Assembly (NCBI RefSeq): GCF_036365525.1 | Contig: NC_090379.1 | Location: 55,677,805-55,741,804, forward strand | Direction of reading: 5' to 3' | Length of the DNA stretch: 64,000 nt | DNA from: Heterodontus francisci | Taxonomy: Eukaryota | Part shown: one piece after another, positions 36,590-49,834 of the stretch | How positions within the stretch are numbered: position 1 is the stretch's first letter | Layout of the letters: every line of letters begins with the position of its first letter | Notes under the pieces: model-generated | Seen by the model: only the letters and a program-made list of their open reading frames with translations | What the model was told of the DNA's origin: nothing | Database searches by the model: none | Position numbers and translations under genes: made by a program

Positions 36590-39507
36590 ACAGGATGTTG
36601 AGAGTAGTGAGGTCAGGGATAAGGTTACAAGGACGCAAGAGGGCACTGGCAAGCAAGAACCTGGTTTAAAGTGTGTCTACTTCAACGTCAGGAGCATCCG
36701 GAATAAGGTGGGTGAGCTTGCAGCATGGGTTGGTACCTGAGATCTCGATGTAGTGGCCATTTCGGAGGCATGGGTAGAGCAGGGGCAGGAATGGATGTTG
36801 CAGGTTCCGGGATTTAGATGTTTCAATAAGAACAGAGAAGATGGTAAAAGAGGGGGGGGGTGTGGCATTGTTAATCAAGGAGAGTATTACAGCGACAGAA
36901 AGGACATTTGAGGACTCGTCTACTGAGGTAGTATGGGCCGAGGTTAGAAACAGGAGAGGTGAGGTCACCCTGTTGGGAGTCTTTTATAGACCTCCCAATA
37001 GTTCCAGATATGTAGAGGAAAGGATAGCGAAGATGATTCTCGACAGGGGCGAGAGTAACAGGGTAGTTGTTATGGGGGACTTTAACTTTCCAAATATCGA
37101 CTGGAAATACTATAGTTCGAGTACTTTAGATGGGTCTGTTTTTGTCCAGTGTGTGCAGGAGGGTTTTCTGACACAGTTTGTAGACAGGCCAACCAGGGGC
37201 GATGCCACATTGGATTTGGTACTGGGTAATGAACCCGGCCAGGTGTTAGATTTAGATGTAGGTGAGCACTTTGGTGATAGTGACCACAATTCGGTTAGGT
37301 TTACCTTAGCGATGGGCAGGGACAGGTATATACCGCAGGGCAAAAATTATAGCTGGGGGAAAGGAAATTATGATGCGATTAGGCAAGATTTAGGATGCGT
37401 AGGATGGGGAAGGAAACTGCAGGGGATGGGAACAATCGAAATGTGGAGCTTATTCAAGGAGCAGCTACTGCGTGTCCTTGATAAGTATGTACCTGTGAGG
37501 CAGGGAGGAAGTTGTCGAGCGAGGGAGCCGTGGTTTACTAAAGAAGTTGAAGCGCTTGTCAAGAGGAAGAAGAAGGCTTATGTTAGGATGAGACGTGAAG
37601 GCTCAGTTAGGGCGCTTGAGAGTTACAAGCTAGCCAGGAAGGATCTAAAGGGAGAGCTAAGAAGAGCAAGGAGAGGACACGAGAAGTCATTGGTGGATAG
37701 GATCAGGGAAAACCCTAAGGCTTTCTATAGGTATATCAGGAATAAAAGAATGACTAGAGTTAGATTAGGGCCAATCAAGGATAGTAGTGGGAAGTTGTGT
37801 GTGGAACCAGAGGAGGTAGGGGAAGTGTTAAATGAATATTTTGCGTCAGTATTTACAGTAGAGAAAGAAAATGTTGTCGAGGAGAATACTGAGATTCAGG
37901 CTACTAGGCTAGATGGGATTGAGGTTCACAAGGAGGAGGTGTTATCTATTTTCACACTTTCCAAAGTTGATAAGTCCCCTGGGCCAGATGGGATTTATCC
38001 TAGGATTCTCTGGGAAGCTAAGGAGGAGATTGCAGAGCCTTTGTCCTTGATCTTTATGTCGTCATTGTCGACAGGAATAGTGCCGGAAGACTGGAGGATA
38101 GCAAATGTTATCCCCTTGTTCAAGAAGGGGAGTAGAGACAGCCCTGGTAATTATAGACCTGTGAGCCTTACTTCGGTTGTGGATAAAATGTTGGAAAAGG
38201 TTATAAGAGACAGGATTTATAATCATCTTGAAAAGAATAAGTGCATTAGCGATAGTCAGCACGGTTTTGTGACGGGTAGGTCGTGCCTCACAAACCTTAT
38301 TGAGTTTTTCGAGAAGGTGACCAAACAGGTGGATGAGGGTAAAGCAGTGGATGTGGTGTATATGGATTTCAGTAAGGCGTTTGATAAGGTTCCCCATGGT
38401 AGGCTATTGCAGAAAATACGGAAGTATGGGGTTGAAGGTGATTTAGAGCTTTGGATCAGAAATTGGCTAGCTGAAAGAAGACACAGGGTGGTGGTTGATG
38501 GCAAATGTTCATCCTGGAGTTTAGTTACTAGTGGTGTACCGCAAGGATCTGTTTTGGGGCCACTGCTGTTTGTCATTTTTATAAATGACCTGGAAGAGGG
38601 TGTAGAAGGGTGGGTTAGTAAATTTGCGGATGACACGAAGGTTGGTGGAGTTGTGGATAGTGCCGAAGGATGTTGTAGGGTACAGAGGGACATAGATAGG
38701 CTGCAGAGCTGGGCTGAGAGATGGCAAATGGAGTTTAATGTGGAAAAGTGCGAGGTGATTCACTTTGGAAGGAGTAACAGGAATGCAGAGTACTGGGCTA
38801 ATGGGAAGATTCTTGGTAGTGTAGATGAACAGAGAGATCTTGGTATCCAGGTGCATAAATCCCTGAAGGTTGCTACCCAGGTTAATAGGGCTGTGAAGAA
38901 GGCATATGGTGTGTTAGCTTTCATTAGTAGGGGGATCGAGTTTCGGAGCCACGAGGTCATGCTGCAGCTGTACAAAACTCTGGTGAGACCGCACCTGGAG
39001 TATCGCGTGCAGTTCTGGTCACCGCATTATAGGAAGGATGTGGAAGCTTTGGAAAGGGTGCAGAGGAGATTTACTAGGATGTTGCCTGGTATGGAGGGAA
39101 GGTCTTACGAGGAAAGGCTGAGGGACTTGAGGTTGTTTTCGTTGGAGAGAAGGAGGAGGAGAGGTGACTTAATAGAGACATAAAATAATCAGAGGGTTAG
39201 ATAGGCAGGATAGTGAGAGTCTTTTTCCTCGGATGTTGATGGCAAACACGAGGGGACATAGCTTTAAGTTGAGGGGTGATAGATATAGGACAGATGTCAG
39301 AGGTAGTTTCTTTACTCAGAGTAGTAGGGGCGTGGAACGCCCTGCCTGCAACAGTAGTAGACTCGCCAGCTTTAAGGGCATTTAAGTGGTCATTCGATAG
39401 ACATATGGATGAAAATGGAATAGTGTAGGTCAGATGGTTTCACAGGTCGGCGCAACATCGAGGGCCGAAGGGCCTGTACTGCGCTGTAATGTTCTAATTC
39501 TAATTCA
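36590..39507 (+). mobile_element. Young 5'-truncated CR1/HER1-type LINE with nearly intact ORF2
   Basis: APE + RT domains; 3' tail gggccgaagggcctgtactgcgctgtaat then (TTCTAA)n; few disablements. Confidence 0.95.
36841..39183 (+). CDS. LINE ORF2 (endonuclease + reverse transcriptase), 780-aa open segment
   Basis: YRPP, GDFNFP, LDLV, SDH (APE); YMDFSKAFD, GVPQGSVLGP, FADD (RT); stop and frameshift upstream, frameshift at 39181. Confidence 0.9.
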   Translation: MVKEGGGVALLIKESITATERTFEDSSTEVVWAEVRNRRGEVTLLGVFYRPPNSSRYVEERIAKMILDRGESNRVVVMGDFNFPNIDWKYYSSSTLDGSVFVQCVQEGFLTQFVDRPTRGDATLDLVLGNEPGQVLDLDVGEHFGDSDHNSVRFTLAMGRDRYIPQGKNYSWGKGNYDAIRQDLGCVGWGRKLQGMGTIEMWSLFKEQLLRVLDKYVPVRQGGSCRAREPWFTKEVEALVKRKKKAYVRMRREGSVRALESYKLARKDLKGELRRARRGHEKSLVDRIRENPKAFYRYIRNKRMTRVRLGPIKDSSGKLCVEPEEVGEVLNEYFASVFTVEKENVVEENTEIQATRLDGIEVHKEEVLSIFTLSKVDKSPGPDGIYPRILWEAKEEIAEPLSLIFMSSLSTGIVPEDWRIANVIPLFKKGSRDSPGNYRPVSLTSVVDKMLEKVIRDRIYNHLEKNKCISDSQHGFVTGRSCLTNLIEFFEKVTKQVDEGKAVDVVYMDFSKAFDKVPHGRLLQKIRKYGVEGDLELWIRNWLAERRHRVVVDGKCSSWSLVTSGVPQGSVLGPLLFVIFINDLEEGVEGWVSKFADDTKVGGVVDSAEGCCRVQRDIDRLQSWAERWQMEFNVEKCEVIHFGRSNRNAEYWANGKILGSVDEQRDLGIQVHKSLKVATQVNRAVKKAYGVLAFISRGIEFRSHEVMLQLYKTLVRPHLEYRVQFWSPHYRKDVEALERVQRRFTRMLPGMEGRSYEERLRDLRLFSLERRRRRGDLIET

Positions 39508-40744
39508 GAGACTGTATAAAAATGGAAACTGAAAATACTGGAAACGGCTAGGCAGTCAGTATCTATGAAGTGCCAGCTTAAGTTAATGTTTTGCATGCAG
39601 ACCCTTCTTCAAGGATCTGTTTTTGTTTAGGATTTCCAGATTTTTTAAATTGTTTGGGGGATGTCGGCATCACTGGCTAGGCCAGCAATTATTGCCCATC
39701 CCTGATTGCCCTTGAGAAGGTGGTAGAGAGCTGCCTTCTTGAACTGCTGCAGTCCTTGGGGTTTAGGTACACCAACAGTGCTGTTAGGAAGGGAGTTCCA
39801 GGATCTTGACAGCAGTAATTTTCTTTATGCTATATAAATATGCTCTATGTGCAAAAATGTTTGGCAAAACTTGTTTTGGGGAAATTTCTTACATATTACA
39901 CCAAAACATACCATTATCCTATTTTAATACTTTTTTATTTAAAACATTTTCACAAAGAAGGTAAATTTTAAATTAATTTGTGGAAAAATTGTAGCTCATG
40001 AAATAGCTTTCTTTGGCCGTGAAATATTCCACGAGACAATTGAGTCATTTTCAATTTTGAATCTTCTGATCAGTTTTTGGACGATTTTATGCTGAACACA
40101 TTAAAAGGAAGGAACAACTGTTATATTTAGTATTATGGAGAACTTCGAGCAAAATGTTGCATAATATTTTTAAATCAAGTTTTCTTCTCTTCAAGTCTTT
40201 GCTACTCCCCCTATGCTTTCTCCCTCAGCTTAGAGACTTGACTAATGCACAGCCTAATTCACAAACTCTATAATTGGCTGGCAGGCAGAGTGCTGTTAAT
40301 AAGTGGGATCAGCCCAGCTAGGTCTTTGAAAAATCTCCACTGTAGTGGAAGATGTCTTTGGAAATGTTGCCCGCCACCTCTTTTAGCTGAAGATTTTTAG
40401 GTACAAGAACAACTAAACAAAGATTGAGTAAAAGTGTCAGTAATTTTGTTTCCTGCAAACTAAGTATGTGTGTGAAAGAGAGAGAAATGGAAATAATTTT
40501 CAAATGATCTAAGTCCTAAATGCAATAAATCCATTTTTTTCTGCATACCTATCTGTGGGCCACAAAACAGTATTGCATATTTGAAGACGTATGTGGTCTA
40601 TTAGTATCACAAAATATACATTTCACTTTCTAAATCCCAGATTTCTGTACAGAATGCTTAATTCACAAAGTATGTACACAAGTACAACAAATTGTAAAGA
40701 TAGTAAAAGCTCTTGTGCAATGGGAAGGTCCTAGAGCAGCATTT

Positions 40745-42950
40745 TTTTTATTCGTTCTTGGGATATGGGTGTGCTGGCTAGGCCAGCATTTATTGCCCAT
40801 CCCTAATTGCCCTTGAGAAGGTGGTGGTGCGCTGCTTTCTTGAACCGCTGCAGTCCATGTGGGGTAAGTACAACAACAGTGCTGTTAGGAAGGGAGTTCC
40901 AGGATTTTGACCCAGCGACGGTGATATAGTTCCAAGTCAGGATGGTGTGTAGTTTGAAGGGGAACTTGCAGGTGGTGGTATTCCCATGCATCTGTTGCCC
41001 TTGTCCTTCTAGTTGGTAGAGGTTGCGGGTTTGGAAGCTGCTGTCGAAGGAGCCTTACTGCGTTGCTGCAGTGCATCTTGTAGCTGGTACACACTGCTAC
41101 CACTGTGCGTCAGTGGTGGAGGGATTGAATGTTTGTGGATGGTGTGCCAATCAAGCGGGCTGCTTTGTCCTGGATGGTGTCGAGCTTCTTGAGTGTTATT
41201 GGAGCTGCACGCATCCAGGCAAGTGGAGAGTATTCTATCACACTCCTGACTTGTGCCTTGTAGATGGTGGACAGGCTTTGGGGAGTCAGGAGGTGAGTTA
41301 CTCGCCGCAGGATTCCCAGCTTCTGACCTGCTCTTGTAACCATGGTATTTATATGGCTACTCCAGTTCAGTTTCTGGTCAATGGTAATCCCTAGGATGTT
41401 GATACTGGGGGATTCAGCGATCGTAATGCCATTGAACGGCAAGGGGCGATGGTTAAATTCTCTCTCGTTGGAGAGGGTCATTGCCTGGCATTTGTGTGGC
41501 ACGAATGTTATTTGCCACTCATCAGCCCAAGCCTGGATATTGTCCAGGTGTTGCTGCATTTCTACATGGACTGCTTCAGTATCTGAGGAGTCACGAATGG
41601 TGCTGAACATTGTGCAAACATCCCCACTTCTGACCTTGTGATTGAAGGAAGATCATTGATGAAGCAGCTGAAGATAGTTGAGCCTAGGACACTACCCTGA
41701 GGAACTCCTGCAGTGATGTCCTGGAGCTGAGATGATTGGCCTCCAACAACCACAACCATCTTCCTTTATGCTAGGTATGACTCCAACCAGTGGAGAGATT
41801 TCCCCCTGATTTCCATTAACTCCAGTTTTGTTAGGGTTCCTTGAGGTCATTCTTGGTCAAATGCTGCCTTAATGTCAAGGGCAGTCACTCTCACCTCTTG
41901 AGTTCAGCTCTTTTCTCCATGTTTGAATCGAGGCTGTAATGAGGTCTGCAGCTGAGTGGCCCTGGCGGAACCCAAACTGAGCATCAGTGAGCAGGTTGTT
42001 GCTAAGCTAGTGCCGCTCGATAACACTGTCTGACACCTTCCATCATTTTATTGATGATTGAGAGTTGACTGATATGTGGTAATTGGCCGGGTTGGACATG
42101 TCCTGCTTTATGTGTACAGGACATAGCTGGGCAATTTTCCACTTTGCCGGGTAGATGCCAGTGAAGTAGCTGTACTGGAACAGCTTGACTAGGGGCGCAG
42201 CAAGTTCTGGAGCACAGGTCTTCAGTACTATTGCCGGAATGTTATCGGGGCCCATAGCCATTGCAGTATCCAGTGCCTTCAGTCGTTTCTTGATATCACG
42301 TGGAGTGAATCAAATTGGCTGAAGTCTGCCGAGATGGATTATCAACTCGGCACTTCTGGCTGAAGATCGTTGCAAATGCTTCAACATTATCTTTTGCACT
42401 GATGTGCTGGGCTCCCCCATCATTGAGGATGGTTATATTTGTAGAGCCACCTCCTCCAGTTAGTTTAATTGTCCACCACCGTTCACGACTGGATGTGGCA
42501 GGACTCTGGAGTTTAGATCCAATCCATTGGTTATGGGATTGCTTAGCTCTGTCTGTTACGTTCTGCTTATGCTGTTTGGCACACAAGTATTCCTGGGTTG
42601 TAGCTTCACCAGATTGACACTTTGTTTTGAGGCATGCCTGGTGCTGCTCCTGGCATGCCCTCCTGCACTCTTCATTGAACCAGGGTTAGTCATCTGGCTT
42701 AATGGTAATGGTGGAGTGAGGGATATGCCAGGCCATGAGGTTACAGATTGTGGTTGGGCACAATTCTTTTGCTGCTGATGGCCCACAGCGCCTCATTGAT
42801 GCCCAGTTTTGCATTGCTAGATCTGTTCGAAATCTATCCCATTTAGCATGGTGGTAGTGCCACACAACACGATGGAGGGTATCCTCAATGTGAAGATGGG
42901 ACTTTGTCTCCAGAAGGACTGTGCAGTGGTCACTCCTACCAATACTGTAA
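40745..42950 (-). mobile_element. Decayed LINE (CR1/L2-group) RT and 3' end
   Basis: AMGPDNIPAIVLKTCAPEL; GVPQGSVLG; IYKAQVRSVIEY; poly-A tail at ~40742. Confidence 0.85.
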
Positions 42951-43914
42951 GTATTAAATGCTGCACAAGCGTCAGATAAGGTGTGATTCTATATTCTGTG
43001 CATTAACTCTCCTCATGGTGTCTGCAATCCTTTGCAAACTTACTTGCTAATAATGATTTTTCAAAAAAATGTTTTTTTCCTTCCGCTATTAAGGTACAGG
43101 CTGTAAACTAATTCTGTATCACCGGTAACGTTTGTAGAAATCTGAATATGCGAAATGTTTTGTAAATCCAATTTAAATGAAAATATTTAAGAGCAATAAT
43201 AATGTGCTGAACGAGGAAATAGTAACAACCTCTAATTCCAACAAATACTTGAAACTACATACTTCTTTCAGCTGCTTGCATTATTACAATGTAGCCCTTC
43301 ATGACATATTGAGAGTTAAAATTGCAGAATTTAACATTACAGAAAGGGGATGTTCAATGCATTGCTTTTGTGCTAGCTTTGAAAGAGCATTCCATTTAAG
43401 CTCATTCCCTTGCCTTTATTTTTATTTATTTTATCCTTACTTTTTCAATTATTTATGCATTTCAATTTTAAAAGCTACTACATATTCTGCTTCCATGATT
43501 CTTTTTGATAGGAAGCTCTAGATCTAGACGGTTCTTTGGATAAGAGGAAATTTCTTCCAACCCCCCTCTATTCTTTTTGGTCATCATTAATTTATACGTT
43601 TTAATTACAGATTCACTGACCAATGGAAATAGGGTAAATAAGGAAAAACTATCAAAAGCCCCAGTATCTGAAGGCTCACCTCAACTAGTACCTCTCATCC
43701 TGGCATCATCTATTCTGCACCTTTTGTTGTGACCATGGCATCCTTCTTAAAGCAAGGTGCCCAAAGCTGGACACAATATTCTAGCTGTGGCAATAATCTA
43801 ATATCCTGTTAACTTTGCTAAGTTCAGATATTTTATTGTTGCAAAAACTACCTTGATTAGGTGTAACTAACAAGAAGATATAAATACTGAGATCAATTAA
43901 CGAAACTAGTTCTA

Positions 43915-44890
43915 CTGTGACATGGATGGATCAGTGGCCTGAACCATTTGTATGATTGGAAACTTGTGCTTGCTGTTGTGCTTTAGAATGAGAAGAAGAA
44001 TACAGGGTATCATTTCAAAGTTTGCAGATGACGGGGAAACATGGAAATATAGTAAACAATGAGGAGGATAGTAACAAACTTTCGGAGGATATAGACAGTG
44101 GTGAAATTTGACACCGAGAACTTTGAAAGGATGTATTTTGGTAGGAAGAATAAGGAGTGACAATATGAACTAATTGGTACAATTTTAAAGGGCAAACAAA
44201 AGCATATACACCAAAAGTATGTACACAAATCTTTGAAGACGGTAGGACAAGTGGAAAAGGCAGTTTAAAAAAGCTTATGGGATCCTTGGCTTTATTAATA
44301 GAGGCATAGAGTACAAAAGCAAGGAAGTTATGTTAAACCTTTATAAAACACTGAATAGGCCTCAGCTGGAGTATTGTTTCAATTGCAGGCACCATTCTTT
44401 ATGATGGATGGATGTCAGGACCTTGGATAGGGTGCAGAGAGATTTCTTAGAACGCTACCAGGGATGATGGAGTTCTGTTATCTGGAGAGACTGGAGAAGC
44501 AGGGCTTGTTCTCCTTAGAGCAGAGAAGATTAAGAGGAGATTTGATAGGGTTGTTCAAAATCATGAAGGATTTTGATTAAATAAGGAAAATCTGTTTCCA
44601 GTGGCAAAAGGGCCACTAACCAGAGGACACAGATCTAAGTTGATTGGCGGGGGAAAAAAGGTGACGAGGTAACTTTTTTTTTTAACACAGTAATTGGGCA
44701 TGCACTGCCTGAAAAGGTGGTGGAAGCAGATTCAATAGTAACTTTCAAACGAGAATAGGATAAATAATTGAAGGGAAAAAAATTATAGGGTTATGAGGAA
44801 AGAGGAGGGGAGTAGGATTAATTGCAGAGTGCTAACCAAGAGCTGGCACAGGCACAATGGACCAAATGGCCACCTCCTGTGCTGTATAGA
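43915..44890 (+). mobile_element. Decayed CR1 LINE 3' part
   Basis: KFADD remnant (aagtttgcagatgac), GIEYKSKEVML; CR1 tail. Confidence 0.75.
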
Positions 44891-44963
44891 GAGCACTTGA
44901 GTGCTTTCTTATTAGCTTATCAATGCTGTAAAATTAAAGTTCAAACCTTTTACCTGTATACAG

Positions 44964-45043
44964 TAAGAGAACAACTGAAGGAACTAACCAAGCAGTATGA
45001 AAAGTCTGAAAATGACCTCAAAGCTCTTCAGAGTGTGGGACAG
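44964..45043 (+). CDS. PSMC6: PSMC6 exon 2
   Basis: [27 protein letters not shown]; AG/GT. Confidence 0.97.
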
Positions 45044-45134
45044 GTAAGAGTTTATGATTCCTTCACCAAATGACAGTGTGTGTTTTTCTGCAGTTTCTGT
45101 TGAAGATGAATATTATTAATTTGTTTTTCCTCAG

Positions 45135-45174
45135 ATTGTCGGTGAAGTGCTGAAACAGCTTACAGAAGAGAAAT
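45135..45174 (+). CDS. PSMC6: PSMC6 exon 3
   Basis: IVGEVLKQLTEEK. Confidence 0.96.
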
Positions 45175-45264
45175 GTAAGTATTGCAGTTTAATTGCTTAA
45201 TCACCTTAACAAACCTTCATAAAGCAGTTAAAATTATCTAACTGTGTTTTTTTGCCCTGTATAG

Positions 45265-45317
45265 TTATTGTGAAGGCTACAAATGGACCACGATATGTTG
45301 TTGGCTGCCGTCGGCAG
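45265..45317 (+). CDS. PSMC6: PSMC6 exon 4
   Basis: [18 protein letters not shown]. Confidence 0.96.
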
Positions 45318-47051
45318 GTAAAGTATTCAAAATTGTAAAGACAGGTCTTATCTAAGCCATTCATTTACTCATATACCTCTGGCTATCGTATGTTTTAACG
45401 CATAAAGGGGAAAGAATTGAGTTGCTAAATTGCCAGCTGCCACTCCCTCCACCCCAAACCACATGGCGAAGTAGGTAACGACAGTCATCTTGCTCAGTCA
45501 TACAAGCCAAATATTTCCAGGTTCAGTTCCTTGTGTGTACAGAGTCAGCTGATGCCTTAGTATAGGGTTGCTAAATTGCTCTCAGCACCTCTGCTTTAGG
45601 GAGAAGAAATATTTATCATTCAATAAGAAATTAGAGATGGCACCAAGATCCTTGTATTATATGATGAGCAGATTTTGGCAAAGGTTGCTCTGAAAGTAAC
45701 ATAGCAGTTAATTAGTTGTAGCTCTTAGGCAATTAATATCGATCATACTAGGCATGTCGTACAAGCTGAATTGCCAAAAATGGGTTTATTCATGAGAGAG
45801 GTCTTTTGTAACATCAGTATGTTTGTCAGTTTTGAACCAGTTAACAAGAGTTAAACTGACAAACCAGTAAGTTGAGTTCTTCTAGTCTTTGCAGACTTTT
45901 CCAGTAATAGGCAGTCATCTTTTTAGGTAGGTATTATCCTAATCTTTACTGATTGTAATAGTATTTGGAATTACATAGGCATCGCTACTTATGAAGCCAA
46001 CATCTTACTTCAGTGTTAGTTGTCTGAAGTGTCAACCTTGTAATTCTCACTCTTTTCTATGTAGCCTTCGCCATTGAAAAGCCACCCTACCAGACTATGT
46101 TAATCATTAATATTGTGGATGACCAACCCATTAACACACAAAAGTCCATCGAAAGAACTTTGATTATGAATAAATTAAAATTACTTCGAGTTCTTGATAC
46201 TATATCAGAAGACATTTGAGAGAGAAGACCAGCTAACTCATATTCAATGTTTTTCTTATTAAAGGAGCTTAAATACTTGCTGAAGCAGATGAATCCAAAA
46301 ATTACATCACAATCATTTGGAGGAAGATATTGATCTGGTCTGACTAAAGTCAACTGTTACTTACTAGTTAAAAGTGTAGAATTATTTGGAGACTTGCTAC
46401 CATAAAAATAGCAGAATCAGTTTCCATGGATTTTGTGTGGATGAGGCAATAAGCAGTTGTGAGATATGTTTGTTTAAAAAAATTTCCTCTCCTCTCTGGT
46501 AATTGAATTTTTTCAGCTTGTCAAAGAATATAAATTTTTCAACAAATTTAGATTTTTGCCTTTGCAAATATTTCCGTATTTTTGCTACTTAATTCTGCAC
46601 TTTGCTGTATCAACTCTTTGTAGAGAGAATTTTGTGAACATCATATGGTATCTATTTTTATATAATAGAAAAGGGTTGTCAATCTTAAAGACTATGATTA
46701 ATTATAGAATTGTAGACATTTACAGCATAGAAGCAATCCACTTGGTTTATCGTTCATATGCCAGCTTTTTACTCAAGCTATGCCAAAGTAATCCACTGCC
46801 CTACTCTCCCAGTAACCTTGTACCTTCCTCTTGGCCATGACTTCTGCTGTCTAGGCCTTAAGTTCTGGAAATTTCTCCTTAAACCTCTTTGTATGTATCT
46901 CTCTCCCCCTTTCAGATGTTTCTCTAAAACATACCTCTTTGACCAAGCCTGTCCTCATATCTCCTTATATGCGGATAGATGTTAAATCTTGTTTGATAAT
47001 GTCCTGTGAAGTGTTTTGGGATGCTTTACTATGTTAAAGTGAACATATAAA

Positions 47052-47231
47052 CAGAATTCCCGCTAAGGTGTTTGAGTGTGCCACCAGCAGCAATCTGGAA
47101 TGTACCATGCAGGGTGCTCATGAGCTGTTCCCTGTAAGATACTACTCATGCACGGCTGTGCAAAAAATTTAAATGTACCCTGCATCGAAATAAACAGGCC
47201 GCTCACAATAAAAAATTTAGAGGGAACATTG
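47052..47231. mobile_element. hAT-like MITE inserted in an L2 3' tail
   Basis: Imperfect TIRs cagaattcccgctaa / ttagagggaacattg; decayed 8-bp TSD catataaa/tagataaa. Confidence 0.55.
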
Positions 47232-48745
47232 TAGATAAATGTTGTTAATTGGACCAGATTTATTTCCCTCTGTAGCTTGATTGTCTTTCACTCCCTTCTG
47301 TCTTTCCCACCCATTAATATAAATATATTAATGTAGTGACTATATCAAAAAATCTAATGATCATCTATTCCATCAGGGTATCTATGTAAAATTGCTTTTT
47401 TACATAAAATCATGCGTGTATTCTGTATTTGATAACTGTTTCAGACATATTAGTTATCTATCTTTTGAACTCTAGTTTTGCCTGATTTTTGCATGCACAA
47501 ATGTTAAATTATAGCATTTTTTTTTTTGCAGCTGAGCTATACAACCACAGAACAAATCCTTTGTTTAAAAATTGAATTGTCTCCTAATCTAGAACCTTTA
47601 GCCTTGAACTTATTTTTTAAAAAAAAAATCAACTTTCTGTTGTAGCTAAATACTACCTGGACATATTAGTGATGTGGAATGTATACAATGGAAGTAGGCC
47701 AGGTAAAAGTCCAATCATCACTTTGTTCAAATATTTGCCCAGAAAATTGTATGTCTAATTTTTTGTTTTAAATTTAAAAGGTCTGTTTGGGATGGATGGC
47801 CTTCGAGCATTGACCAACATTGTAATTTGGATTTTTGATGCTATGTGCTGAACTAACCAGTGGGATGAAAAATATTAGGAGCCAAGGCTATATTACAAAA
47901 TGCTATGCTTCAGTGGTGTTCCAGTGCTAGACACATAGCTAAGATGATGGTCATGCATTAAAGGCTTGGTCTTGTTTCAAAAGAAAATATCTTGTGCATC
48001 TCTTGAAACATGTTGCTACAATATGTCAAAGGTTCATAGAGTTTTACAGCAGCGAAGGAGGCCATTCGCCCCAGCGATTCTGTGCCGGCTCTTTTTGAAG
48101 AGTGATCCACTGAGCCCCACTCCCTGGCTCTGTCCCCAAATCCCTGTAATCTTTTCTCGTTCAAGTATTTATCCAAATCCTTTTTGAGGCTGCTACTGAA
48201 TCTGTATCCACTACCTTATCAGGCAATACCTTCCAAATCCTAACCACACTTTTTTTTCCGTCATGTCGCCTCTGGTTTTTATGCCAATCACCTTTAAATA
48301 TGTGCCTTTTGGTTATTGACCGTTCAGCCATTGAAAACAGTTTCTCCTTATGTACTTCATGATTTTAAACACCTTTATCAAATCTCTTGGGCTTCAATGC
48401 GCTAAGGAGAGCAACCCCCAAGCCTCTCCAGTCTATCCATGTAACTATAATCCTAATCCCTAGAACCAGTGTAGTAAATATCATGATGTAGAAGGCTCTG
48501 TAATTATTTTACGAGCAACAACAATTGCTTGCATTTATATTATGCTTCTAACCTAGTTAAATATCTCATGGCATTTCACACAAAAAAATTGAGGAAGGAA
48601 GATAAATTGTTTTCAAATGCTAATACTATATGGGGGGTTGGTTCTTACTGTTTTCTGGCTTCTGTTTGGTATATTAAAATAAGCCTGTAAAAACCACATT
48701 CATTTTCTGATGTGTTGAGCATTCCTGTTTGTTTCATAAATGCAG

Positions 48746-48813
48746 CTTGAAAAAAGCAAGTTGAAACCTGGGACTAGGGTTGCCCTGGATATGACAACTC
48801 TGACTATAATGAG
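48746..48813 (+). CDS. PSMC6: PSMC6 exon 5
   Basis: LEKSKLKPGTRVALDMTTLTIMR. Confidence 0.96.
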
Positions 48814-49274
48814 GTAGGTGTTGTAATGTAAGCCTATTGTTCAGTAATAAAAATTAAACTCAATTAGTCATTATTGCAGTAGCCTGAGAATATCAACAAT
48901 GAGGTGCTTGCGTTATAGCCTGATAAATTTGAGATATTTCTACTTCAGTCTACCTACTATTCCTGAACAAGATTTTTTTTAAATACCTGGGCACGTCATT
49001 CGATGGAGCATTCCACAATTGTGGAATTCCATCTTGGTGTGCATTTTCTTTTTTGGAAAAAAAAAAGGATGCTCATTCTGCTGTATATTACTAAGGAGCA
49101 TTTTGTGGTTGTGGAATGGTGAAGGTTGTCCTGTCTATAGAGGTTAAGGATTCTATTTCACATTTTGGTTTGAGAATGGTGGGAGAACAATTAGGGATAC
49201 AAATAGGTCTACAGTTACAGTCTAATCAATTGTAACCAGTGAGAACTTATAAATGTGGTACACTTGTGTAACAG

Positions 49275-49389
49275 GTACTTGCCAAGAGAAGTGGACCCAT
49301 TGGTGTACAACATGTCTCACGAAGATCCAGGAAATGTTACTTACTCAGAGATTGGTGGATTGGCTGAACAAATTAGGGAACTGAGAGAG
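49275..49389 (+). CDS. PSMC6: PSMC6 exon 6
   Basis: [38 protein letters not shown]. Confidence 0.96.
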
Positions 49390-49499
49390 GTGTGTTTGCT
49401 AAATTTGTTGCATTAAGAGAAACATTGAACTGTGTTTTGTGAAGCCGGTTGTGCTTGTAGATCTCTTTTGCTTAAATTGAAATTGTTCTGCGATTGCAG

Positions 49500-49587
49500 G
49501 TTATAGAGCTGCCACTTACAAACCCAGAACTGTTCCAGCGTGTAGGAATCATTCCACCAAAAGGATGCCTGCTCTACGGGCCACCAG
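49500..49587 (+). CDS. PSMC6: PSMC6 exon 7
   Basis: [29 protein letters not shown] (Walker A start). Confidence 0.96.
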
Positions 49588-49834
49588 GTAAACAAACGAC
49601 CCTTGGGTGTTTTCACTAAATTACTCTTGAGTAGTCAGAAATTAATCATCTTAAGCTTACTGTATTAAATTGGTAGTATGTATATTTTGTAATATTTCAA
49701 TCATATTACATTATCGGGAAGGGTTATTCCTAATTGAGTCAGACTGGGTTGTGAATTTCTTTTAGGGGGTTCTGCAAAGTGATCCAACATACTCCGTTTC
49801 ACAGTTGAAACTGCCTTTAAACATGTCGAGATGT

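Noticed and set aside
36666-38975. Antisense ORFs over the CR1 element
   Set aside because: Shadow frames of LINE ORF2
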